From a virus: a stretch of DNA of 64,000 bases. The stretch is taken from positions 8,412 through 72,411 of IMG/VR virus record IMGVR_UViG_3300045049_000070; one strand, written 5' to 3'. Below, piece after piece: positions 27,511 through 36,108 of this stretch (position 1 is the stretch's first letter; every line of letters starts with the position of its first letter). The position numbers and the translations under genes were made by a program. The notes under the pieces were generated by a model. The model saw only the letters and a list, made by a program, of their open reading frames with translations, searched no databases and was not told where the DNA came from.

Positions 27511-28275
27511 ATGCCGGTAGTGCCAACTGCCCCACCATCAAAACTTGAAGGTCAGGATCAGACACTAACAGATCTAACGATCATTGGTGTTCCACCTGAA
27601 TTTCAGTCGCAGTGGCCTACTGTTCCTGCGTATCCTTCGAAGTTCAGCGATGAAGGCTTCCATGTATGGCAAGGCCTCCTGAACGATCAGTCGTTTACGC
27701 GTCTGATGACCACAACTGGGAGCAAGGATGCAGCATGGCACATGACTATTCATGAATGGCTGCATCGCTGTGAACTGGCAGTCATAAAACCGTTTCCTGA
27801 CAACACACCTACTGCCGGAACTGCTTTCGTTCACGAACAAGCGCGCCGTGGTCGTATATTTCTCGTAGACTACTGTAATGAAATCGGCTTGTTTGAGAAA
27901 GTCAAAGTCTGGTATCCTCATCGTGAGTATATACGGACCGACAATCGAATCATCATCTACAGTTGGGCACGGATGTTCCCAATTAGTGATGTGACATTCC
28001 CAAATTGGCTTACAAGCTTGTCCATGCCTCGATTCATTAAGCACACTCGTGGTCGTATGGTCGCAACGATAAGACCGGGTGTACGGTTATGGATTGACTG
28101 TTTGAATTTGAAGCGCATATCAGTTGGACAAGAAATAGACGTGACAGGCACGATCGATATTCCAGGCAATCCAGCTCCTACCCGACAAGAAGTGGACGAA
28201 TTCTTGGACGCTCGCGTATGGTTACCAATAGTTCGTTCAATTCGTTTTGATTTTGTCACTAATCGCATCTTCTAA
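27511..28275 (+). CDS. hypothetical protein
   Basis: GAGGAG RBS, 254 aa. Confidence 0.75.
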   Translation: MPVVPTAPPSKLEGQDQTLTDLTIIGVPPEFQSQWPTVPAYPSKFSDEGFHVWQGLLNDQSFTRLMTTTGSKDAAWHMTIHEWLHRCELAVIKPFPDNTPTAGTAFVHEQARRGRIFLVDYCNEIGLFEKVKVWYPHREYIRTDNRIIIYSWARMFPISDVTFPNWLTSLSMPRFIKHTRGRMVATIRPGVRLWIDCLNLKRISVGQEIDVTGTIDIPGNPAPTRQEVDEFLDARVWLPIVRSIRFDFVTNRIF

Positions 28276-28279
28276 TCAG

Positions 28280-28311
28280 TAATTTGATTGGAAAATCCAT
28301 AGACTGTAAAT
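28280..28311 (+). promoter_or_regulatory. tandem candidate promoters TAATTTGAT (28280) and TGTAAAT (28305)
   Basis: both recurrent motifs in one short intergenic gap. Confidence 0.5.
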
Positions 28312-28330
28312 AAGGCCGTATAGGACCATC

Positions 28331-28573
28331 ATGATCGACAACCAGATCCTATCCATGACTGAAGAAGAGATAGATTCAGCAGTCGTTTCCATTGTCTCTC
28401 AGTTTGAGGATAATGAAAGGGATTTTCAACTCGCCAGCCAGATGTACAATAGTCTGTACTTCCGTGACGTTTCGCCAGCGTTGCGTAAACGTGCGTGTTT
28501 GGGTCTAAGGGACCACTTCACAAATAGAACCAACAATTACTGGAACACGCAGGCTGAGAACCAATTCTTGTAA
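28331..28573 (+). CDS. hypothetical protein
   Basis: AGGA RBS. Confidence 0.7.
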   Translation: MIDNQILSMTEEEIDSAVVSIVSQFEDNERDFQLASQMYNSLYFRDVSPALRKRACLGLRDHFTNRTNNYWNTQAENQFL

Positions 28574-28588
28574 TACTAGAAGATCGAC

Positions 28589-31500
28589 ATGCGACCATTA
28601 ACAAACCTTCGTCCGAGAACCGAATTTCGTCTAGACGTCAAACAGTTGCGTTCAGGCTTTATCGGTATCTTTGACGCGAAGCTTGGATCTAAAAACGCGC
28701 TAGCAGACATCTACTACATGCTTGTAGCAGATGCGTTCTTGCCAGCCGTTCGTGATTTGCATCCAAATACGGATGAAGTCAAGAAAGTGATGGCACCGAA
28801 AGACGGAATGTCCTCACTTCGTGACCGTGACCGCCATCGTGTGGTGAGATCGACTCTGCGTAAGAACAACGCGGCAAAACGTTTGGAGTTCCGAACACCA
28901 CTCGCACAGCTGAATGCTGGTGCGATTGCCACTCGTCTTGGGATAAGCTATATTTTCGGCGTTAAACCAAACGAGGCAGGATATGTGGAAGGATTCGACA
29001 ACACAGAAATGGTGGGCGGTCACATTATTTCTGGTAAGGATGTCGATTCACTGTTCAAAAACATACCTTCCAAGGCACGAGCGCTGTTCAAAGATTGCCT
29101 GCTTTCGCTAGAAGCTACTAAGGAAGGCAACGACGTCTGGCTTTGGGGTACGTTCATCATCACCCAACCAGAAGCAGAGTATCTTTGCAACTGCAAGTGG
29201 GTTGAGCTGCGTCTAAGTGATATCTATCCCACATTGATCGACTGGACAGCCTCTGTATTCGGACGATACAGTCGTCTTCCAAAGACGATCACTAAAGTGT
29301 CGATGATTGCCAACGAAGTTAAGGACGTGTTGGCTACTTCCGAGCCTGGAAAAGTCAAACCACGTACTGGCGTAAGCGGCATTGTTGCTGACATTAATGG
29401 CGACTACTATGTCATTCCAGAAGTAGATCAGAGCGCAGAATACGAACAGCTCCTGATGGAGTTTGGTCTACAAGAAGACGGTTCTTACTCCTGGAATCAA
29501 ATCAAAAAGTTGGGTAAGGAGCAGCCAGCTGAAGGCCTCCCGCCAGAAGAAGATGAAGAAGGCGAAGGCGACGAGGGCGAGAACTATCGCGTAGGCGAAG
29601 AAAATATCAACGACCTGAATCCAGGACAACGGAAAAAACTTCCAGCCAATATGCCAATTTTTAGCGATTGGCTGAATGACAAGTTTGTCTACTCTAATAC
29701 GGCTGGTAACCTTGCAGTATATGACCTAAGCGATACTGTTCCAGCAACTGCCTATCATTTCACACAATTCTTTGACACTAAGATCAAGGGTGGGGAAGGC
29801 CGCGAAGGTGGAATGGCTGCGTTCCTTAATCAGATGGTCAACGTGGCAGGTGGGTTTGACTCATCTATCTGGAACGAGTCGGTAGTTGCATCAGACGCTA
29901 AAGTGCGTTCGTCACGTGATTTGATGAACGCAGTTGATCGTGTCGTGCCACACTCAGATATGAGAGCACGCTCGTTCGCTGATGCAATGTCACGAGCATT
30001 CCTGATTCAAAAAGTGTATGCTGGCGAGGGCGGAGCCGACGCTGTATATCAAGGCCGTGATAACATTCGCTACGAATATGTCAAGATAGAAGATCTTGTT
30101 CCAAATTCACAGTTCGATGCGTTCAAATTTGTTGGTCGCATTGTTACCAAAGCAGCTGAAGCCATTGAGAACAACATGGAGGTTCTCTACAACAGAATGA
30201 GTGTGATGAGTGCACTCAAACTGTTGGCCGTTGCTCGCATGATGAAGGAAAGTGCTCCGGCTGCAAAACAGATACGTGAACTTGATACGAAGGAGCGTAA
30301 CGCCTACATCAATCAAGGTGTTGACCCTACATACAAACCAGCACCTATTGCCAACATCAAAGAACTGAAGATCAACAAGAAGACTGGAGAAGTTGAATCT
30401 GGTCTGGTGTTCCAGCCACACCAAGCAAAGATCGACAACTTGATGCGTGAACACCCTAAGTGTGCTGCATATCCAGTCGACGCTGGTGGTGGGAAGACCA
30501 TCCTTTTGATGACGAACATCCTGCGTGAAATGCAGGCAGGCGTTTGTAAGAGACCTATCATTGCATGCCCTTCTACGTTGGTCAACCAATATGTAGAAGA
30601 AGCAGTGTTCGTAACAGAAGGCCGGGTTAACATCATTCCGGTGACGAATCAGACTGTACGCATGCACGGTCTTGAGACGATCGCTAAGATGATTGAGCAG
30701 GCTCCCCCAAATACGATCGTTGTTACGGATTTCGATTTCGTCAAGGGCAAATCGAAGATCCTTAGCTACGGCAATCGTAGCATCATTATGTGGAACAACG
30801 CGGAATGGCTGCGCCAGTTCGAGTTTGACCTGATGTGCGTTGATGAGTGCCATAAGCTAAAGAACATCAGTTCTGCCCGTCGTCAGGCAGTAGCTAGACT
30901 GATGCAAGACATACCGTATAAGCGTATTGCTAGCGGTACGTTGGTGGATGACACGTTGACCGATCTGGTTTCACAGATCGCCCTGATGGATCCTACGATC
31001 TTTGGATCGCAGGAGAAATTCAAAGCAGACTATGGTGATGATGTCCGCGGCAATAAGGTTCTGAGCTGGAAGAAGGGTTCGCAAGAAGCCATTCAGCAAA
31101 AGATCCGTGACAACATGATTTGGGCGCAAGCACGCCGCAAAGAGTGGGCATCACTGTTGCCTCCAGCAAAAGAAGAGTTCTGGGCTGTTGATCTGTCAGA
31201 AAACCAGCGTCTTCTGTACGATTCAATCCTACAAGAAACGACTGACTTGATCGAAGAGGCAATGTCTAAAGACCCAGAGCTCAAGGAAGCTCTCGAGTCT
31301 GGTGACGAAACGCTGGCCGACGACCTTGAAGCAATGTTGCGTCCGTATTTGTCACGTTTGGAACGTTTCCTTTCAGCTCCAGAAGTTGACGAGTTGGCAC
31401 CTGTCTTTCTTAAGACAGAAGATGATAAGATCAGTCCAAAAGTACGTAAGATTCACGAGATCTGCCAAGAGCACCTTCGTAAGAAGCTTCCTGGTAAGAT

Positions 31501-33358
31501 CGTAATCTTTACAAACTATAAGGCTAGCGCTGAAGCGGTGTTCAAATTCGCTCCTCCTGATCTCAGGAAGACGATGATTCATTATACGGCTGGCCGTAAG
31601 ATGGAGTGTCGTGCAGAATTTGCCCGCAATCCAAACAAGATGATCATGGTAGGACAATCATCTTCGATGGACACAGGCATCAACTTCCAGGTAGCATCCC
31701 GTTTGATACGCATGGAAACCATATGGACACCGGGTCTGTTGGAACAAGGTAATGCACGCATCAATAGGCCTCAGTTGAAGAAGGCAGAAATGCGCAACAT
31801 GGTCTATTTCGATTGGATCATGGTGAACAGATCGATCGACATTACAAAAGTTGCTCGACTAACCGCCAAGATCATTTCGAAAGCCAAGTTTGATAATGCA
31901 GGACCCGGTGGTTTCCCGGACTATGCAGAACTGCCGGACATGCCAATCATCCCGATGAACATCGAGACGATTGCTGCTAAGAACGACTTCTTAACTGATC
32001 TTAAGGATTACCTGGATGCATATTCTGAGCTGAACGCGCCTGAGACTGGTGTTCGTGCACGTGACTATGCAGAATACAGAAGAGAGAACGAAGGCAAGTT
32101 GCATCCTGTACCTGTTCCGCACGGAAAGTTGCTGCCCGGATCTAAGCTGATGTCGAGAGTTCCATACGTTCCAGGAATGGCATTGTACGGTACAGACCAA
32201 CTTGGCTTGGTGCGTTATGATGAGTTCTGTAACATCGACCTTGATGAGTTTGAAACATCTGACGATGAATCTGAGGAAGGAGAAGACGCTCTCGGTAAAG
32301 ACGAAGCGATTTCTGACCAAGATCCTAAAGCTGTCGAGAAGCGACGTCATTTAGCTGCTCTGGAACGCAGATGGGAAGCTGAGCGTGCTCTGGTCATGAA
32401 TATGCCATGCCACACTGAGTATGGTGACGGCGTAATCATAGGACTTAAGAAGAAAGTTTGGATACGCTTCCCCTGGAGCGGTAAGATGTGGCGCATTCCG
32501 AAGTTGCAGGTGTTTGTGATTACACGAACTACCACCAATAACAAGGACATGCGTAAGGAACTGCTGAAAGCTGTTGGCGATATACCGATTGACGCCCCTA
32601 TCGAAGTGCCAGTTGAAGTAGGTAGACAAACCAACAAGATTCGCAAACAGATCGCGGAAAAGAAGGCTGTAAAAGAAGGTAAACGGCCGGTTAAAGAAGA
32701 GACTCCAGACGAAGAAACTGGAGCTAGCTTCCAGTTCGCTATCATCAACGATATGTTGGCTATCGAGTTTGATGCAGAAGCATCAAGTCCGGAAGCAGCG
32801 GCTGCCATGCAAAACTATGGGTTCAAGCTCAGTCCAGATTTCTGGATCGCGAGAATCAAAGGCCCAATAGTGATGGTCAACTTGTTCAACAACTTGGCTG
32901 CCAAGGGTTTCACAGTCGACAAGAAGACGGGTGAACACCTGAAGCGCATCTATTTGGTGATCAAGAAGCAGAAGTCATTGATCAAGCAAGCCGGCTTTGC
33001 GACCAGTCTGGACATCACTCACTTTCTGCGTGAGACCGTCAAACCCTCAGCAGATCCTAAGCAAATGAAGGTCTACCCGATGGTTCGCGATGGTTTGCTA
33101 TACATGGTAATGCCTATCAAGGGTCAGTCTGCGAACGCCAAGGCCGTGAAAGTGCCTAGCCCTATGATTCAATGGAAGAAGGGTGGTGGTCAGTCAGAAA
33201 TGCTGCGATTCTGCAAGAACAAAGCAGAAGCGTTGCAAGTGCTCCAACGTATCAAGGCTGACGGGATCAAAATCCTGAATGCTAAGGAGTTGGAGAAGCA
33301 ATGGAAGACCATAAAAGTTGGAGGTAAGATTAAGCTTCCAAAAACTGAGAAAGAGTAA
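28589..33358 (+). CDS. large SNF2/SWI2-family helicase/ATPase
   Basis: 1589 aa; DAGGGKT (I), CP (Ia), VDECH (II), SGT (III), QGNARINR (VI). Confidence 0.88.
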   Translation: MRPLTNLRPRTEFRLDVKQLRSGFIGIFDAKLGSKNALADIYYMLVADAFLPAVRDLHPNTDEVKKVMAPKDGMSSLRDRDRHRVVRSTLRKNNAAKRLEFRTPLAQLNAGAIATRLGISYIFGVKPNEAGYVEGFDNTEMVGGHIISGKDVDSLFKNIPSKARALFKDCLLSLEATKEGNDVWLWGTFIITQPEAEYLCNCKWVELRLSDIYPTLIDWTASVFGRYSRLPKTITKVSMIANEVKDVLATSEPGKVKPRTGVSGIVADINGDYYVIPEVDQSAEYEQLLMEFGLQEDGSYSWNQIKKLGKEQPAEGLPPEEDEEGEGDEGENYRVGEENINDLNPGQRKKLPANMPIFSDWLNDKFVYSNTAGNLAVYDLSDTVPATAYHFTQFFDTKIKGGEGREGGMAAFLNQMVNVAGGFDSSIWNESVVASDAKVRSSRDLMNAVDRVVPHSDMRARSFADAMSRAFLIQKVYAGEGGADAVYQGRDNIRYEYVKIEDLVPNSQFDAFKFVGRIVTKAAEAIENNMEVLYNRMSVMSALKLLAVARMMKESAPAAKQIRELDTKERNAYINQGVDPTYKPAPIANIKELKINKKTGEVESGLVFQPHQAKIDNLMREHPKCAAYPVDAGGGKTILLMTNILREMQAGVCKRPIIACPSTLVNQYVEEAVFVTEGRVNIIPVTNQTVRMHGLETIAKMIEQAPPNTIVVTDFDFVKGKSKILSYGNRSIIMWNNAEWLRQFEFDLMCVDECHKLKNISSARRQAVARLMQDIPYKRIASGTLVDDTLTDLVSQIALMDPTIFGSQEKFKADYGDDVRGNKVLSWKKGSQEAIQQKIRDNMIWAQARRKEWASLLPPAKEEFWAVDLSENQRLLYDSILQETTDLIEEAMSKDPELKEALESGDETLADDLEAMLRPYLSRLERFLSAPEVDELAPVFLKTEDDKISPKVRKIHEICQEHLRKKLPGKIVIFTNYKASAEAVFKFAPPDLRKTMIHYTAGRKMECRAEFARNPNKMIMVGQSSSMDTGINFQVASRLIRMETIWTPGLLEQGNARINRPQLKKAEMRNMVYFDWIMVNRSIDITKVARLTAKIISKAKFDNAGPGGFPDYAELPDMPIIPMNIETIAAKNDFLTDLKDYLDAYSELNAPETGVRARDYAEYRRENEGKLHPVPVPHGKLLPGSKLMSRVPYVPGMALYGTDQLGLVRYDEFCNIDLDEFETSDDESEEGEDALGKDEAISDQDPKAVEKRRHLAALERRWEAERALVMNMPCHTEYGDGVIIGLKKKVWIRFPWSGKMWRIPKLQVFVITRTTTNNKDMRKELLKAVGDIPIDAPIEVPVEVGRQTNKIRKQIAEKKAVKEGKRPVKEETPDEETGASFQFAIINDMLAIEFDAEASSPEAAAAMQNYGFKLSPDFWIARIKGPIVMVNLFNNLAAKGFTVDKKTGEHLKRIYLVIKKQKSLIKQAGFATSLDITHFLRETVKPSADPKQMKVYPMVRDGLLYMVMPIKGQSANAKAVKVPSPMIQWKKGGGQSEMLRFCKNKAEALQVLQRIKADGIKILNAKELEKQWKTIKVGGKIKLPKTEKE

Positions 33359-33366
33359 GTAAACAT

Positions 33367-33393
33367 GGGAGGGCTATAGCCCTCCCTCTTTTT
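33367..33393 (+). terminator. intrinsic terminator
   Basis: perfect palindrome GGGAGGGCTATAGCCCTCCC followed by TCTTTTT. Confidence 0.85.
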
Positions 33394-33406
33394 AGAAGGA
33401 AATGTA

Positions 33407-34102
33407 ATGGAACAGCAAACAAAGTCAGTGCAAGATCTTACCCAAGACGATCTGTATGATATGATCAAACACTATTTGGCAAAGGTGGGGGCGATTCCAC
33501 ATGCTATAGTGCAATGGGACCATAACATTGAACGCATCTTCAAAGAACATTGCCATTTTGGTCTTGGTATCTCGCATCCGATTCTTGTGCCGCATAAATT
33601 GGAAGCATTCCATCCGAAACTTTTTGACGCGATGTTTGGGTCGGCACAAGGTGAAGTAACTACTTCTGCAGCGGCAGAAAATGTGGTATCCTCAACGAGT
33701 TCGACAACTGGAGTTCAGACGCAAGAAAGTGCTCCAGCTGAACCGCAATTCAAGCAGCACGACAATGGCGATCTAAGTTTTGCTCTGAAGACTGGCGTTA
33801 ACCAAGTAGTTCCTCCGACAACAGAAGAACAACTCGCTGTCCAAGTTACGGACAATACGGCAAAGGTTGCTAACGACCTAAGCACCGGAGACGTTGTAAC
33901 TAAAGAAGTGTTGGAATCAGATAAGTCGGCAGATTCCCAGTCAGAAGCCGAAGCTACTGACGAAGAAAACGCAAAGATTGCGGCGACTAACGCAGCGCCC
34001 GATCCGACTACAGCCCCAGTGCCGCCTGCCGTTACGCCTTCAGTAACTCCGGCCCCAACGCCTGCGCCTGCTACTGACGAGCCAAACATCGAAGGTGCAT
34101 GA
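33407..34102 (+). CDS. hypothetical protein with disordered acidic/Pro-Ala-Thr tail
   Basis: AAGGA RBS; low-complexity C-terminus. Confidence 0.75.
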   Translation: MEQQTKSVQDLTQDDLYDMIKHYLAKVGAIPHAIVQWDHNIERIFKEHCHFGLGISHPILVPHKLEAFHPKLFDAMFGSAQGEVTTSAAAENVVSSTSSTTGVQTQESAPAEPQFKQHDNGDLSFALKTGVNQVVPPTTEEQLAVQVTDNTAKVANDLSTGDVVTKEVLESDKSADSQSEAEATDEENAKIAATNAAPDPTTAPVPPAVTPSVTPAPTPAPATDEPNIEGA

Positions 34103-34319
34103 TGTGAAGAACCTGATTCGCGCACTAGTGTTATGTGCCCCACTGACCGGGTGTGCGGTCAGACTCGATTCCTGCCGCCCTAGCATCTCAGTCGACAGGG
34201 TAGACGAAATGCCAGACGGCGTTATCTCATTGAATCAATGTCAGTTCAATATCCAGCATCCGACGGCATGCATCGGAACCTTGTGGCTCAAACTTAAATG
34301 TAAAACGGAGAACTTGTAA
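34095..34319 (+). CDS. putative lipoprotein
   Basis: hydrophobic leader ending in lipobox LTGC. Confidence 0.5.
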   Translation: MHDVKNLIRALVLCAPLTGCAVRLDSCRPSISVDRVDEMPDGVISLNQCQFNIQHPTACIGTLWLKLKCKTENL

Positions 34320-34603
34320 TGAAATATCCTCGCCAAAATTACGCCAGCGTTCTAAGTGCGGCCTCTGGTGCGGCAAGTGCATGTCATTGCATCGGTCCAC
34401 AAAACGGCCAACCTGTGTGCCCATGTGAAATGCGTGGCGTTGAGATCAGAAACGGACGCTATGTCCGTGTCACAGATCTTGGTGCTGTGCCAAGTGGTCT
34501 GGTAGGAATTCCTCGCGGAGAGGAACACAAATGCGGCAAATGCCAGACCTGTTATTTCCAGAAGCAAGAATGCGACTGGTGTCCAGGTCAGCAGACGTCG
34601 TAG
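34319..34603 (+). CDS. Cys-rich hypothetical protein
   Basis: CHCIGPQNGQPVCPC and CxxC motifs; GGAG RBS. Confidence 0.65.
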   Translation: MKYPRQNYASVLSAASGAASACHCIGPQNGQPVCPCEMRGVEIRNGRYVRVTDLGAVPSGLVGIPRGEEHKCGKCQTCYFQKQECDWCPGQQTS

Positions 34604-34658
34604 GGTTGTAAATTGAGGGGTCGCCATTTGGCGGCCCTTCTGCATTTGGGGATCAGAA

Positions 34659-34856
34659 ATGAATATCGTCATATTCAGTTTATGGCTCTTGGTATATCCG
34701 GCTGTAAACGAACATCCGCCAGTCGTAGTGGAGCGCTTCAAAAGCTTCCAAGACTGTGAAGAGTTTCGCAAGGAAGTGGATCCTTTGTCACGCGGGTCGT
34801 CTTCTCAACCATTAAAGTGCATTCGTGCTACAGTCGCTCGTTATCATGAGCAATAA
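34659..34856 (+). CDS. small secreted/membrane protein
   Basis: hydrophobic N-terminus, two Cys. Confidence 0.55.
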   Translation: MNIVIFSLWLLVYPAVNEHPPVVVERFKSFQDCEEFRKEVDPLSRGSSSQPLKCIRATVARYHEQ

Positions 34857-35664
34857 GTATAAGTACATACGTCCGGTTAGTGATCTGCATGCAAATGCAT
34901 TTCAGAGTAAACCAATACATGAAGTAGCGATATTCTTTGTTCCTCCGGATGATCGTGATTCAGAAACTATTCTAATACTGGCTGGTGATATCTCACACTA
35001 CAGGGGTCAATTGTGTGATTTCTTCCAGATAATGGCAACACGATTCGCAGCCGTCATCTATGTTCCAGGAAACCATGAGTACTATGGATCTGAAATGGAT
35101 GAGTGGAATTCCACAGTGGAAAACACTATCAATTGCCTGTATGGAGTACACGCTTCATTGGGTGACGTACGATCGAAAGAGTTCTTTACCGAAGATGGTC
35201 AGCCTCTAGTTCGCTTTATCAGTAGCACGTTCTGGGCTGATGGCGGCAAGACTATGGATGAGCATATCGTTGTCGCTAATAGTATGAATGACTTTGTTCA
35301 CATTCGCAAAGGTCATCGCAAGTTCACGGTTGGTGACATGATGACGCTGCATGCGCAACAAAAGAAGCAGACTGACGAACTATTAAGCACACCGTGGGCA
35401 GGTAAGACAATAGTGGTAACCCATCACGTCCCATCGTACTCTTTGTGTCATCCAAGATTTCCTGTAGAAGGTAACGGTGGATTTGCAAGTGCATCGGATG
35501 ACTTGATAGTTAAACACAAACCATGGCTATGGATCCATGGACATACGCACGATACTATCGACACAAAGATAGATGAGACTAGGATAGTTTGCAATCCACG
35601 AGGATACTTACGTGAGTGGAATACTAAGTACAATAAGTTCCCACAACTGTTCATAGAGATCTAA
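34846..35664 (+). CDS. calcineurin-like metallophosphoesterase
   Basis: SDLH, AGDI, GNHE, THH, GHTH, CNPRGY. Confidence 0.9.
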   Translation: MSNKYKYIRPVSDLHANAFQSKPIHEVAIFFVPPDDRDSETILILAGDISHYRGQLCDFFQIMATRFAAVIYVPGNHEYYGSEMDEWNSTVENTINCLYGVHASLGDVRSKEFFTEDGQPLVRFISSTFWADGGKTMDEHIVVANSMNDFVHIRKGHRKFTVGDMMTLHAQQKKQTDELLSTPWAGKTIVVTHHVPSYSLCHPRFPVEGNGGFASASDDLIVKHKPWLWIHGHTHDTIDTKIDETRIVCNPRGYLREWNTKYNKFPQLFIEI

Positions 35665-35665
35665 C

Positions 35666-36064
35666 ATGCAAAGAAGAGGTCTTCTTAAGACGATTCCAGC
35701 ACTTGGCGTTGCAGTCGTATTTCCTGCGTTAGCATTGACTACAGCAGTTCCGAATAAACTATCTTCATTAGATATAATGAATAGGAGACGTCTCAATATC
35801 AAGATAGCGGAACGTATCTGTTGGGACGTAGGGTTTGTGACGGAAGCATATGGATGTAACGACCTTAACTCTAAAGAGGTACTGCGAACGTTAGTATCAC
35901 GGTACATGTCGGAATTAGAGAGAATACGCGCGATCGTTAAATGGAAATGCATCTGTGATGATACAAATAATCCGGTGTCAGTCATAGACGCTAACAGAAT
36001 AGGCATCCATGTTTGGTGGCAATATACAAATGATGATATGTCCTACCATTACATGCAGTCTTAA
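35666..36064 (+). CDS. Tat-signal protein carrying a tail-sheath C-terminal-like domain
   Basis: MQRRGLLK-hydrophobic-ALA; RRL..I.E.I, CDDTNNP..ID.N. Confidence 0.6.
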   Translation: MQRRGLLKTIPALGVAVVFPALALTTAVPNKLSSLDIMNRRRLNIKIAERICWDVGFVTEAYGCNDLNSKEVLRTLVSRYMSELERIRAIVKWKCICDDTNNPVSVIDANRIGIHVWWQYTNDDMSYHYMQS

Positions 36065-36066
36065 GC

Positions 36067-36073
36067 TGTAAAT
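36067..36073 (+). promoter_or_regulatory. candidate promoter TGTAAAT
   Basis: recurrent motif upstream of DNA-metabolism genes. Confidence 0.4.
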
Positions 36074-36108
36074 GTTTGCAGCAATATAAATAACCCACGA
36101 GGTCCGGA

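Noticed and set aside
28589-28620. MRPLTNLRP as a class I leader on the SNF2 protein
   Set aside because: Only a loose match, lacking the R[IV]xA end; not counted.
30107-30853. 248-aa antisense ORF and similar long antisense ORFs
   Set aside because: They lie fully opposite well-supported genes and have no recognisable motifs.
34616-34640. GC-rich hairpin as a definite terminator
   Set aside because: It lacks a clear U-tract, so its function is ambiguous.
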